Below are positions 50,849 through 60,490 of a stretch of DNA of 64,000 bases, piece after piece. This stretch comes from Patescibacteria group bacterium (GTDB lineage: Bacteria; Patescibacteriota; Patescibacteriia; Magasanikbacterales; GWA2-37-8), in contig JBAZKA010000001.1 of the NCBI GenBank assembly GCA_041651015.1, forward strand, positions 62,000-125,999, given 5' to 3'. Every line of letters starts with the position of its first letter. Positions within the stretch are counted from its first letter, which is position 1. The notes beneath the pieces are model-generated. The model had not been told where the DNA came from, searched no databases, and saw only the letters and a list, made by a program, of their open reading frames with translations. Made by a program: the position numbers and the translations under genes.

Positions 50849-51086
50849 ACCTACCTTTTTCGGGTGACAGAAAGAATATTCGCATCATTCCGCGAATATC
50901 TGTTGCCCTCCCAATTAACATCCTGATATTTGTCGGGGTGTTTGAGGAAATTAGTTCATTAAAATTCAAAGGTAAAAAATATTTTCATGCAATTTGCGTC
51001 CTTGGTCGATCACCCGAATGATTCGGATGACGCCAAAGGACGTAAACATTTGCGCGTGAATGCGCAACGAAAAAAAGGAAAAGAAA

Positions 51087-52424
51087 ATGAAAAAGAATCT
51101 GATGTCCGTTCTGTTCTTGGTCGTCGTCCTCGGAGCCAACGTCTCCAGCGCCCAACAAATGTCGTCGGTGTCAAATGCCGATAAGTACTGGGCGCCCCAG
51201 GCCATCGCGAACAAAATGTTCGCCGAGGCCCTGTCGTCTCTGCAAACGCAGATGTTGGTCGTGGCGCCGGCCTGCGAAGCGGCAAAGAGCCAAAGCGCGA
51301 GCTGCACTGCGGCCATCAATCAGATGACCGGGCTGAACGAAACGGTTCAAAATACCGCGGCCAAGGTTCGTCGGCGCGACACCGGCCACTTCACGCCGGC
51401 CCAGGAGAAAAGGATCGTGGAGTTGGCGGCGACTGCAAACTCGGCGACCGAGTCAGCACTCATTAGTGCTGACCAAGGCAAGAGCGAGGAAGTTGTTCTG
51501 GCGGCCAAAGATTTGAAGTCCCGTATGGGCAAGTTGGAGGCCAAGGTCGGATCTCTGGATATGAGAGTGACTGACCACGATGAACAACTGGAAGGTCTCC
51601 AGGCAGCAGTGAAAGTGTTGCAAGACAGCGCGGTGGCCAAGGAAGATCCGGAGCTCGCCGAGCAACTCGCAAATCTTTCCGGGAACACAGCCTCAGCCGA
51701 CAAGCAACTCGCGGATCGGATTCTGCTCATCGCCGAACGAGTGCAAGTGATGGAAAACGCGGCCATGACAAAATCCGATTCCACGGTAGACAAGGCGCAA
51801 TTGGATGCGGCCATGAAAGAAATGGCCGGCGCGTTCAGTAGACGAGTCGCTTCGGTTGAGGCGAAGGCGGAAAACGCTGACGCCAAGGCGGAGCGGGCGA
51901 TGTCGCTCGCCCGGACAAAAAATTCCACCGCCATCATATTGGAGGTGGCGGGCATGGGCGGCGCCTGGTCGCCGTTCATTAAGCAAGTCACTTACGGCGG
52001 AGTCGGTGCCTACCTATCCAAGGGATGGTTGAGGCTCGGTGGTTCGTTTGACCCCGGGTTGGCCTATGTGGACGGGGAGGCGACGTTCGCGTTTACGAAC
52101 AAGCTGGAAGCCTGCTACGCGTGGAAATATGCGTGGCTTGGAGTCTTTAGCGGATCGTATGCCCTTGGCCTGCCGTATAGCGACTCGAACGAGAAGTATG
52201 GCTTCTCCTTCGGCGCAATCGCACGGTTCGTCCTCCCCATGGGCAACACCAACTGGTTTTATGGGTTGGAACTCTACGGAGGCCCGGCTTACGAATCCAA
52301 GTGGGTGCCCAAGGGTCCACCCGCGGGAGCCGCGCCCGGCGCGGTGTACGATGATGAAGAATACAAAACCTTCTTCAAACCGTTTACCGGCGGTGTGCGA
52401 GTATTCATCGATTTTAACCTTTGA
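51087..52424 (+). CDS. secreted coiled-coil protein with a C-terminal outer-membrane beta-barrel-like domain
   Basis: Signal peptide MKKNLMSVLFLVVVLGANVSSA, heptad region, amphipathic strands ending VRVFIDFNL. Confidence 0.7.
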   Translation: MKKNLMSVLFLVVVLGANVSSAQQMSSVSNADKYWAPQAIANKMFAEALSSLQTQMLVVAPACEAAKSQSASCTAAINQMTGLNETVQNTAAKVRRRDTGHFTPAQEKRIVELAATANSATESALISADQGKSEEVVLAAKDLKSRMGKLEAKVGSLDMRVTDHDEQLEGLQAAVKVLQDSAVAKEDPELAEQLANLSGNTASADKQLADRILLIAERVQVMENAAMTKSDSTVDKAQLDAAMKEMAGAFSRRVASVEAKAENADAKAERAMSLARTKNSTAIILEVAGMGGAWSPFIKQVTYGGVGAYLSKGWLRLGGSFDPGLAYVDGEATFAFTNKLEACYAWKYAWLGVFSGSYALGLPYSDSNEKYGFSFGAIARFVLPMGNTNWFYGLELYGGPAYESKWVPKGPPAGAAPGAVYDDEEYKTFFKPFTGGVRVFIDFNL

Positions 52425-52681
52425 ACATTTATCCGGGCGCTTGAATAAAATCCGTATCCTACCTTTACGGAATCAAGCGCCCTCCTCACCTTTGAACATA
52501 AGATTTGTTTTCAGAGGCGAGAGAGAAAAAATATATCAAAAAACTCAGCCATAGCGGCCGAGTTTTTTGTTTGAAGTTTTGTATTTTTACTTTTCAGAAA
52601 ACTTGTGTTGCCACCAGTGTTCTGAAGAGCCGAGGACGAATTCGTGTGAGTGAATTCGTCCTCGCAAAGAGCTTGGCGCCA

Positions 52682-53065
52682 TCACGGCGCGTTGACGAGC
52701 GAGGCGCATTGGTCACGCCCGGGCGTACCGACCGAGCCGCAACACCAGTCAATGGCCTGCAACTCAGTGATGGCCGGCAACCCGCGAGCGGGTCGCGTCC
52801 GCGCTTCACGGAAGCAGGCGACGTACGCGACGTCGTCCGGGTTGACGGTCGCTGCTTGCGGCAGCACCGCGTTCGGTGCCGAAGAGGTTTTTGCCGCCGG
52901 GCAATCGCTGCCGTCGCAGTTGGTTTCGCGGGTAACCATCCCCTTGACATTGTTCATGTCGAGAACGAGTTTGGTGATGTAACGGTACATCCCCGCGTCG
53001 TAGAAGATGAACCCGAAAAGAATCACCGTACACGCCCAAGGGAACACTTTGAGGAACCTTTCCAT
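52682..53065 (-). CDS. small single-TM Cys-rich hypothetical protein
   Basis: AAGGAG SD, promoter 53196-53168, N-terminal TM. Confidence 0.65.
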   Translation of the reverse strand: MERFLKVFPWACTVILFGFIFYDAGMYRYITKLVLDMNNVKGMVTRETNCDGSDCPAAKTSSAPNAVLPQAATVNPDDVAYVACFREARTRPARGLPAITELQAIDWCCGSVGTPGRDQCASLVNAP

Positions 53066-53167
53066 TATGCTATCTCCTTTGTGTTGTTTGACTTTTGCCG
53101 TTTTTACAAACACCTCGCACCGCGCGAGATGTTCACGTTCAACGGCAAAAATTTTAAAGAACAGAAT

Positions 53168-53196
53168 AATATATCACAAATTGGATTATTTGTCAA
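53168..53196 (-). promoter_or_regulatory. sigma70 promoter followed by boxA-like TGTTCTTTAAAA
   Basis: TTGACA-17-(TG)TATATT; motif at 53163-53152. Confidence 0.75.
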
Positions 53197-53328
53197 ATGC
53201 CCCGGGCTCGGCAGATAGAGTGAGGGTCTTGCCCCCGTCACCAATAATAAACATCTATTTGCAGAAAAATCGTTACTGACGACGAGTAAATGCAATATGC
53301 AAATATATTCCCAAAATTGGTGAGGGGC

Positions 53329-53357
53329 TTGACAAAACCCTCAAAATGTGCTATACT
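53329..53357 (+). promoter_or_regulatory. sigma70 promoter P1
   Basis: TTGACA-17-(TG)TATACT. Confidence 0.8.
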
Positions 53358-53380
53358 GGTTTTAATAAAATTCAAATTGA

Positions 53381-53468
53381 CTTTGATTGCGCAACGAGAG
53401 AGGCGCGGTCAAAGCCCGAAAAAGCCTGAAATATATTTATCGGACTCTCTCATTGTAGAGAGTTTTTG
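53381..53468 (+). ncRNA. structured leader or sRNA: GAGAGAG-loop hairpin plus CTCTCTC terminator, copy A
   Basis: 12-bp stem ctttgattgcgc/gcgcggtcaaag; actctct-cattgt-agagagt-tttt terminator. Confidence 0.55.
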
Positions 53469-53498
53469 TGTAATATAAGCCAATCAGGAGGTAGAATG

Positions 53499-53527
53499 TT
53501 GACAAAATAGGCAAAATGTGCTATACT
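53499..53527 (+). promoter_or_regulatory. sigma70 promoter P2
   Basis: TTGACA-17-(TG)TATACT; shares caaaatgtgctatact with P1. Confidence 0.8.
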
Positions 53528-53729
53528 TTCATGTTAAATTACAAACAGTTTTTCACCCAATCTTGCGCCTTCTAACAGAGCGGACGCAGGCAGAGTCAAA
53601 AACTCTGGCAGTGAAGCTCTTTTTACTTACAAGGCAGGAATAAAATAAAAAACGTTCGCTACAAAATGGCCGGCCACGGGTCGGTCAGGAAAGCCCTGGC
53701 TCATAGAGCGGGGCATAGGAGAGACGAAG

Positions 53730-54818
53730 ATGAAGACGAAATTGGCATTTGCGATTTTCGCGATGGTGATGGTGGCGACGGGGTCGGCAATGGCGCAATG
53801 GGCGCAGGAGCCGATGGACGATCTAAAGACCCTGCAACAGTGCAGGGCATCGTTCAAAAACGTGTGCGCGCCCTGCGCAAGCGTTTTCGCTTCCGGCCAG
53901 CTGAGTGCCACGTGCACCATGGAAAAGGCACAGGCGTGCGGCGAAGTCTACACCGGCATCTGCGGTCAGACCGCGAAAGCCGCTGCGACAACGTCGCCGT
54001 CCGTGCCGCCGAAGTGCGACGACAGATGTAGGGAGCGTCGCAAGGCCCGACAGGAAAAGTGGAATGCGCTCTTCCTGGACATGGCGGACCTGAAGGTCCG
54101 CGTGGCCGCCCTGGAAAGGAGAGCGGACGAGAACGACACACGCGACGCGGCGAATGCCGCGCACGACAGCGACCAGGACAACCTGATTGCTGGTCTTCGC
54201 AAGGACGTGGACGGCCTCCTGGATTGTCATGGTGAAAATCCGAAGGCGGGTTGCCACCAGGCAATTGAGGAGCAGATCGATGAGGCGAAGAAGGAGGCGA
54301 TGGACTACACGGATATGATGTTCATATCCACCGCCTTCAAGTTCGACCTCGGAGCGGTCGTCCTCGGCTCCACGGATTTCCGAGGGGTTGGGATCATAGC
54401 TGGCGGATTGCGCATTGCTCTTGACTTCGGCGCAACCGATCGGTTCCGTCCCGTTTTCCACGCTTCGGTTGGCGGTGGTCACGGACGGTGGGCAAACGTG
54501 GTTTGGGAAGTCGGCACTTCCCAGGAAATTCGTGTTAACGACAAGGGGACTGTCTGGCTAGGGCCGGCGGTCACCTGGTCACACGAAAACGTCCTGGACG
54601 CCAACTACAACACGTTCCTCGGCCTCGGCCTCTCCCTCAGAGTGTTGTTCCCCGAGAGCCACCACGGGTATTTTACCGCGGCGGTCTTCGGCGGTGACAA
54701 CATGTACTTCGTCCCGGACAAAACGGGCGAGTACGATGAGGTCATGGCCCATCACTTCGGAATTGGGATCCAACTCTCGGTTGGATACTCCATTTTCCAA
54801 GACCTCCGCAAGAAGTAG
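53730..54818 (+). CDS. secreted Cys-rich/coiled-coil protein with a C-terminal beta-barrel-like domain
   Basis: Signal peptide ending AMA, Cys cluster, heptads, amphipathic strands ending IQLSVGYSIF. Confidence 0.7.
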   Translation: MKTKLAFAIFAMVMVATGSAMAQWAQEPMDDLKTLQQCRASFKNVCAPCASVFASGQLSATCTMEKAQACGEVYTGICGQTAKAAATTSPSVPPKCDDRCRERRKARQEKWNALFLDMADLKVRVAALERRADENDTRDAANAAHDSDQDNLIAGLRKDVDGLLDCHGENPKAGCHQAIEEQIDEAKKEAMDYTDMMFISTAFKFDLGAVVLGSTDFRGVGIIAGGLRIALDFGATDRFRPVFHASVGGGHGRWANVVWEVGTSQEIRVNDKGTVWLGPAVTWSHENVLDANYNTFLGLGLSLRVLFPESHHGYFTAAVFGGDNMYFVPDKTGEYDEVMAHHFGIGIQLSVGYSIFQDLRKK

Positions 54819-55007
54819 TAGTTCTCCTGTCTTTTACGGTCAGGGTATTCGCAAGAATATCCTGACCGACCTTATCTTGATCAAAAATGGTTTTGGTCAA
54901 GTAGGGGAAAATACTTAGTTAGTTGCTTGACAATTAAATTAAGGGTTAGAAAAACGTTCGTGGACAAAGCCAGCGCGCGGCGTTGGTTTCAAAAAAGGGA
55001 GAACAAA

Positions 55008-56378
55008 ATGAAGAAGTTTTACGGAATGATGATTGTTGCTATGATGGCGGTCGGATGCAACGAAGGCTACGGCATCGGCGATAAGTTTTTCGCTGAAGTC
55101 GACGCCGGTTCGGACACCGACACGGACACCGACACCGATACGGACACGGATAGCGACAGCGACACCGATTCCGATACGGACACGGACACCGACACGGATA
55201 CCGATACCGACACCGATTCCGATACGGACACGGACACCGACACGGATACCGATACCGATACGGATACGGACACGGGCGAGTGCGAGGATGGTGAAGAGCA
55301 GTGTGACGGAAACATGGTTCAGGTTTGCGGCGACGACCACGAGTGGGCGAACTGGGACGAGTGTCTCGCGTCTGCTCACAAGGAGTGTGTCGAGGCCAGC
55401 TCGACCTCCGCGAACTGCGACTGCGTCTCCGGTTACCACCTGTCCGCAGGCAACTGTGTCGCGGACACGGTCGTGATCTGCACCGCTGGCTACGAGGAAT
55501 GTGACACGGATGGAAACGTTCTGGTTTGCAACTCGGCCGGCACTGCGTGGGTGGTGGACGACACTTGCCTCGCCACGAACCATGAAGAGTGTATCGAGGC
55601 CAGCTCGACCTCCGCGAACTGCGACTGCGTCTCCGGTTACCACCTGTCCGCAGGCAATTGTGTCGCGGACACGGTCGTGGTCTGCACGGCCGGCAACAAG
55701 GAGTGCGACACGGCCGGCAACGTTCTGGTTTGCAACTCGGCCGGCACTGCGTGGGTGGTGGACGACACTTGTCTCGCCTCCGCTCACGAGAAGTGCGTCG
55801 AGACCAGCTTGACCTCTGCCTCGTGCCAGTGCGTGGATGGGTACTATCTGTCCGTGGGTGTCTGCATCGCGGACACCGACACTGACACCGACACTTCGGT
55901 CGAATGCACGGACGACGGTGGCGAGTGCGCCTTGGGTTACGAATGTAAGGCGGGGCATTGTGAAATGCCCTGCGACTGGGAGAACCCTTGTGACATGGCC
56001 TCCGGTTTAGAATGCTTTTTGACCGGCAAGGATCCCGACCAGAACTGGAAGTTCTCCGGGATCTGTCTTCCCATGCCGGCGGCAACGGGCGAATTCAGTT
56101 CCGTATGGTACTACGACATGGAACTGGAGAACGATGAGGACACGGGTACGTGTGCGTATTACGATACGTACTCTCCGTCCCCGACGGAGTACTCGTCGCC
56201 AGACACCGCCGCGGCCAGCATCATGTGCACCGATAATTCGTCGGTGCCGTGGGTCATGGAGGGCGAGTTCGAAGATCCGAGCACGTCGTCCGCTCGGACC
56301 CACCTGATCGCCCACGGCGATCATAACCACCAGATGACGACTTTCGGGCGTATCCTGTATACGCCCCCCGTCCTCTGA
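55008..56378 (+). CDS. putative lipoprotein with a (DT/DS)n linker and three ~68-aa Cys-rich EGF-like repeats
   Basis: MKKFYGMMIVAMMAVG-C lipobox-like signal, GGGAG SD, CDCVSGYHLSAGNC repeats. Confidence 0.8.
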   Translation: MKKFYGMMIVAMMAVGCNEGYGIGDKFFAEVDAGSDTDTDTDTDTDTDSDSDTDSDTDTDTDTDTDTDTDSDTDTDTDTDTDTDTDTDTGECEDGEEQCDGNMVQVCGDDHEWANWDECLASAHKECVEASSTSANCDCVSGYHLSAGNCVADTVVICTAGYEECDTDGNVLVCNSAGTAWVVDDTCLATNHEECIEASSTSANCDCVSGYHLSAGNCVADTVVVCTAGNKECDTAGNVLVCNSAGTAWVVDDTCLASAHEKCVETSLTSASCQCVDGYYLSVGVCIADTDTDTDTSVECTDDGGECALGYECKAGHCEMPCDWENPCDMASGLECFLTGKDPDQNWKFSGICLPMPAATGEFSSVWYYDMELENDEDTGTCAYYDTYSPSPTEYSSPDTAAASIMCTDNSSVPWVMEGEFEDPSTSSARTHLIAHGDHNHQMTTFGRILYTPPVL

Positions 56379-56525
56379 CATGTTCTTTGAGCCTCGAATT
56401 CCTTTCGAGGTATATGCCCGGGCAGAGCTTATCTGCCCCAATCATATGGCATCATTTATCTCTCAAATGATCCCAGATGTAAACAAAAAACTCCGATTCG
56501 TCGGAGTTTTTTGTTTGGGAAAAAA

Positions 56526-57344
56526 TTATTTTTTTCTAAATATTACACACTTGGTATCAGTGCATTGCTTTGCGTAATTATTGTATTCATCAATTGTCGC
56601 CTTCGGTTGATACATTAGGTAATCAACATTTTTTATTATCTCAACAGCGGGGGAGACGGCTTCAAAAATTTTATCCCACTCAATGTAATCTTCGGGAAAA
56701 ACGTGGATATCACCTTCGCGCTGGTATTTCTTGTTAATAAATAATTTTATGAAAACCGTTTTGACAAAATCCCAAGTTAAAAATTCACCGGTTCGTAAAA
56801 TAAATTTGGTGCGCTCGGCTTTTGTTTGTTTGGTTTTGGCGTTGTATTCGGCGAGGACAACGTCCGGGTACCAGCGGTGTTCGTTGGCTTCATGGTCAAT
56901 GTATATTAGACCGCCCGGTTTTGCTACGCGGATCATTTCTTTGATCGCGGAAATATAATCGGGAATATGGTGCAGCACCGAATACACGGCGACAATATCA
57001 AAGTGGTCATCTTCAAAAGGTAATTTTTTACCGTCAAATAGTGCAGTCTCTATATTGAGCGCCGAGTATTGGTTTTGTAAAATTTCCAATGAAACTGATG
57101 AGAGATCGCAAGCGATAACCTTGGCGCCTTTTTCCGCAAATATTCTACTGAGATTACCGGTGCCGGCGCCGTAATCTAAAACAACCGGAGAGTTTATTTT
57201 TGTTAAACTTATTACCTCGGCAATAGTCTCCCCCAGACGTCTTTGTTCAACCGGATTGTAAATTTCCGTGTGCTTGGTATTGTATATGTAGGCATTACGG
57301 TCGTGTTGTTTGCGATTTTTTGTGATTATATGCTCGTTGGACAT
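56526..57344 (-). CDS. class I SAM-dependent methyltransferase
   Basis: VLDYGAGTG, LPFEDDHFDIV...VLHHIPD....EMIRVAKPGG. Confidence 0.9.
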   Translation of the reverse strand: MSNEHIITKNRKQHDRNAYIYNTKHTEIYNPVEQRRLGETIAEVISLTKINSPVVLDYGAGTGNLSRIFAEKGAKVIACDLSSVSLEILQNQYSALNIETALFDGKKLPFEDDHFDIVAVYSVLHHIPDYISAIKEMIRVAKPGGLIYIDHEANEHRWYPDVVLAEYNAKTKQTKAERTKFILRTGEFLTWDFVKTVFIKLFINKKYQREGDIHVFPEDYIEWDKIFEAVSPAVEIIKNVDYLMYQPKATIDEYNNYAKQCTDTKCVIFRKK

Positions 57345-57449
57345 ATTTAGATATTAGTAATAATTTCACCATATATTATAGCCCTTTTTTCTAAAATACA
57401 AAAGTTTTTGCGCTAAATTTGGTGCGGCAGACGAAAAAGGCGCTTGCTA

Positions 57450-57478
57450 TTGACAAAAACTCTAAAACATGCTATTAT
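57450..57478 (+). promoter_or_regulatory. sigma70 promoter
   Basis: TTGACA-17-(TG)TATTAT. Confidence 0.8.
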
Positions 57479-57508
57479 ATGATGTTAAAATTAAAGGGAC
57501 AAATGCAC

Positions 57509-57579
57509 GCGATTTGACGGTGAGAGAGCCGTAAAATTCGCATAAATTTGAAAAAACTCTCTCACGGGAGTTTTGTTTG
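57509..57579 (+). ncRNA. structured leader: GAGAGAG-loop hairpin plus CTCTCTCA terminator, copy B
   Basis: gcgatttgacgg-tgagagag-ccgtaaaattcgc; aaaactctc-tcac-gggagtttt. Confidence 0.55.
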
Positions 57580-57817
57580 AGTGGAGTTGTCGCTCGGATG
57601 CAAATTGTATCAAAGCGACAGGGCCGCCCCCTCAACATGGGTATATCATAGTCATGTTGAGGGGGTTGCTCTCCCTATGCCTTTGCGTTTTATGCGCGTG
57701 GCCAAAAGAGTTTCTTTGACAATTTAATTATTGGATTTAGTTAGTTTGAGATAAGGAAAACAACCAAATGCGATTTTGGAAATCGCAAAAGATTCCGGAA
57801 ACGGAATGGAGGAAGAA

Positions 57818-60490
57818 ATGGAAAAGAGATTTTTGTTTTGTTTCGTTGCCATCGTCGCGGCTATCGCGTGTTCGCCGAACACACGAGAGCCCCATCAGTC
57901 GGTAGTGCCGCCGGATTCAGATTCGTCTACGTCCGACACGGATACCGACACCGACACGGACACAGATTCCGACACAGATTCCGATTCGGATAGCGACAGC
58001 GATTCCGACACGGACACGGACACCGACACCGACACGGACAGTGATTCGGATACGGACAGCGACACGGATACGGATTCGGACACAGATTCGGATTCGGATA
58101 CGGATAGCGACACGGATTCGGACACGGACGTGGACGCCGGCACGGATGCCGGCACCGATGGCGGGACCGATGGCGGTCTCGACGGCGGTTCGGATACCGA
58201 CACGGATACGGATAGCGATTCCGATTCTGACACAGACTCGGATAGCGACACGGATTCGGACGCCGGAACCGACGGTGGCGTAGAGCCGACCGAGTGCTCC
58301 AGTGGCGTTTGCTGCGACACGGTGACCGGACTCTTCAAGGACGATACCGTCATTTGCGGGACGTCGTTAGAGTTGAGGTGCGATGACACCGGTTGCAGCG
58401 CTGACGTTAGGAATGCCTACGTCATTACCAGCTGTCCCGGATATTCCGAGGACTGCGAAGGAATAGAGGAGGTGTTTACCAGCAGCGTCGTGGACGACTG
58501 CGGTGACAATGAAACCTGCGAAGCTTCCACCGCTCTCTGCGTCGAATGTGAGTTCGGCTGTGAAGACGATTCCTTTGGAGTCGGAACGTGCAGCGAAGAA
58601 CCCATCGTCATTGACGCCGGAGTGGACTCCGGAACTTCGGACACCGACACCGACACGGACAGTGATTCGGATACGGACAGCGACACGGATACGGATTCGG
58701 ACACAGATTCGGATTCGGATACGGATAGCGACACGGATTCGGATACGGACGTGGACGCCGGCACGGATGCCGGCACCGATGGCGGGACCGATGGCGGTCT
58801 CGACGGCGGTTCGGATACCGACACGGATACGGATAGCGATTCCGATTCTGACACAGACTCGGATAGCGACACGGATTCGGACGCCGGAACCGACGGTGGC
58901 GTAGAGCCTCCGACCGAGTGCGTGGCTGACGACCCGTGCTGTGACAGCGAGGGGTTCTACCTCGCCAACGGCACCGAGTGCGACGGTGGTACTGTGCTCT
59001 CGATCTGCGAGAGCGGGTACTTCTGTGACGGCGTCGGCGATTGCATGCTCGAGTACGTCCCCGCGTCGGACAATAAGGTCTGCGATAGCGATATCGCCGA
59101 CCTTTGTGACGCCGTGGATTACTGCGACGGTAGCGGAGGTTGCCCAGACGCGGTCCTGTCGTACGGCGATGATTGTCATGCATCCGAAGGGGCGTGTGAC
59201 GTTCAAGACATCTGCAACGGGCTCGGCAAGGATTGTCCTGATGAGCTTCTCGTCGGCGATACCTGCCGACCGGCCGTTGTTGGTGGATGCGACATCGCGG
59301 AGACCTGTTCTGGTTCTTCTCCGGACTGTCCGGCTGACGTGGTTGCTTTGGCAACGACTGTCTGCCGTGCGGCATCCGGGGTTTGCGATAAGGCCGAGAA
59401 CTGCACAGGCAGTTCGGCTACTTGCCCGGCGAACACGTTTGAGTCGGCCGCCACAGTGTGCGCGTCCAGTTACGTGTATCAGTGCAACGGCAATCTGTGC
59501 GGGTCCGATGCTCAACGGCGTCTGGTGAGGCAGTATTGTACTGGTAGCGCGGCTGCTTGCAGTGGCACTATCTACTACAACCCCTGGACCACCATCGCCA
59601 ACTGCGACGCATCGGCCATCTGCATTTCCACTTCTACCTCAGCCATGTGTTCCGAGTGCGGTTACGCTTGCCAGGACATCCCGGCAGGGACGTGTGTTGG
59701 TGAAGAAGGACAGCCGTGTGCCGAAGCTCCTTTCGAGGAGTGCGAAAGCGACGACCTGTTCTGCGACACCGACGACGTCTGCAGTGATGCTCCGGACGGC
59801 GGCATTGCCGACGGTGGCGTAGACGGTGGTTCCGATACGGACACCGACGCAGATACCGACACGGACACGGATACGGATAGCGATTCGGACACGGATGCCG
59901 ATGCCGGCCTTGATGGCGGCTCGGATACGGACACCGATAGCGACACGGATTCCGATTCCGACAGCGATGCCGGTACTGACACGGACACTGAGACTGACAC
60001 GGATACCGACACGGGCACCGAAGGAACTTTCTGTCTTGAAAAAGCAGACTGTTCCGAGGGAGAGTACTGCAATCTGGAGACGAGCCTCTGTACGCTCGTG
60101 CCGGAGTTCCCGTTACCTGCGGGACAGTACTTCTATTGCTGGGGATACAACATCACTCATGATCCCAGCAATGTGGTGTCGCAGTGCACGACAAGCTCTA
60201 CTTCCACTTGCACCTACTACGATCCGGCGGCGTCACAGCAGTATTCCGCCACGGTGTCGCTCTACTGCATCTTGGATCAGTACGGCACCACGTCCACCCC
60301 CACCTGTCCCGCGGTGCAGGACATCGGCGAGTGTTGCATCTCCGGGCAGACTGATTTCGTTGCGCGGTACGCCGCGCCGGAAGAATGCAACGACGCTGAC
60401 ACGGACAACGATCCGGTTGGTGGATGTTCTTCCTACCGCCAATGCTTGAGGGGAAGTGATGGTCACTTCCTCGCCGAAGGCCTGTTCTAG
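57818..60490 (+). CDS. putative lipoprotein with DT/DS and DAG/DGG acidic repeats and disintegrin-like Cys-rich modules
   Basis: [18 protein letters not shown] signal, GGAGG SD, CR.A.G.CD.AE.C.GSS..CP repeats. Confidence 0.8.
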   Translation: MEKRFLFCFVAIVAAIACSPNTREPHQSVVPPDSDSSTSDTDTDTDTDTDSDTDSDSDSDSDSDTDTDTDTDTDSDSDTDSDTDTDSDTDSDSDTDSDTDSDTDVDAGTDAGTDGGTDGGLDGGSDTDTDTDSDSDSDTDSDSDTDSDAGTDGGVEPTECSSGVCCDTVTGLFKDDTVICGTSLELRCDDTGCSADVRNAYVITSCPGYSEDCEGIEEVFTSSVVDDCGDNETCEASTALCVECEFGCEDDSFGVGTCSEEPIVIDAGVDSGTSDTDTDTDSDSDTDSDTDTDSDTDSDSDTDSDTDSDTDVDAGTDAGTDGGTDGGLDGGSDTDTDTDSDSDSDTDSDSDTDSDAGTDGGVEPPTECVADDPCCDSEGFYLANGTECDGGTVLSICESGYFCDGVGDCMLEYVPASDNKVCDSDIADLCDAVDYCDGSGGCPDAVLSYGDDCHASEGACDVQDICNGLGKDCPDELLVGDTCRPAVVGGCDIAETCSGSSPDCPADVVALATTVCRAASGVCDKAENCTGSSATCPANTFESAATVCASSYVYQCNGNLCGSDAQRRLVRQYCTGSAAACSGTIYYNPWTTIANCDASAICISTSTSAMCSECGYACQDIPAGTCVGEEGQPCAEAPFEECESDDLFCDTDDVCSDAPDGGIADGGVDGGSDTDTDADTDTDTDTDSDSDTDADAGLDGGSDTDTDSDTDSDSDSDAGTDTDTETDTDTDTGTEGTFCLEKADCSEGEYCNLETSLCTLVPEFPLPAGQYFYCWGYNITHDPSNVVSQCTTSSTSTCTYYDPAASQQYSATVSLYCILDQYGTTSTPTCPAVQDIGECCISGQTDFVARYAAPEECNDADTDNDPVGGCSSYRQCLRGSDGHFLAEGLF
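58017..58908 (+). repeat. ~270-bp near-identical intragenic duplication
   Basis: 58017-58287 is repeated at 58638-58908 (offset 621 bp, in frame). Confidence 0.9.

Noticed and set aside
52505-53218. 237-aa plus-strand ORF
   Set aside because: Overlaps the minus-strand gene that has a promoter, SD and TM, and spans a terminator.
54939-60449. Long alternative-frame and antisense ORFs (SVSVSV, RIRIR, CRCPC)
   Set aside because: Shadows of the GC-rich DT/DS repeat genes; the frames with signal peptide and SD are the credible ones.
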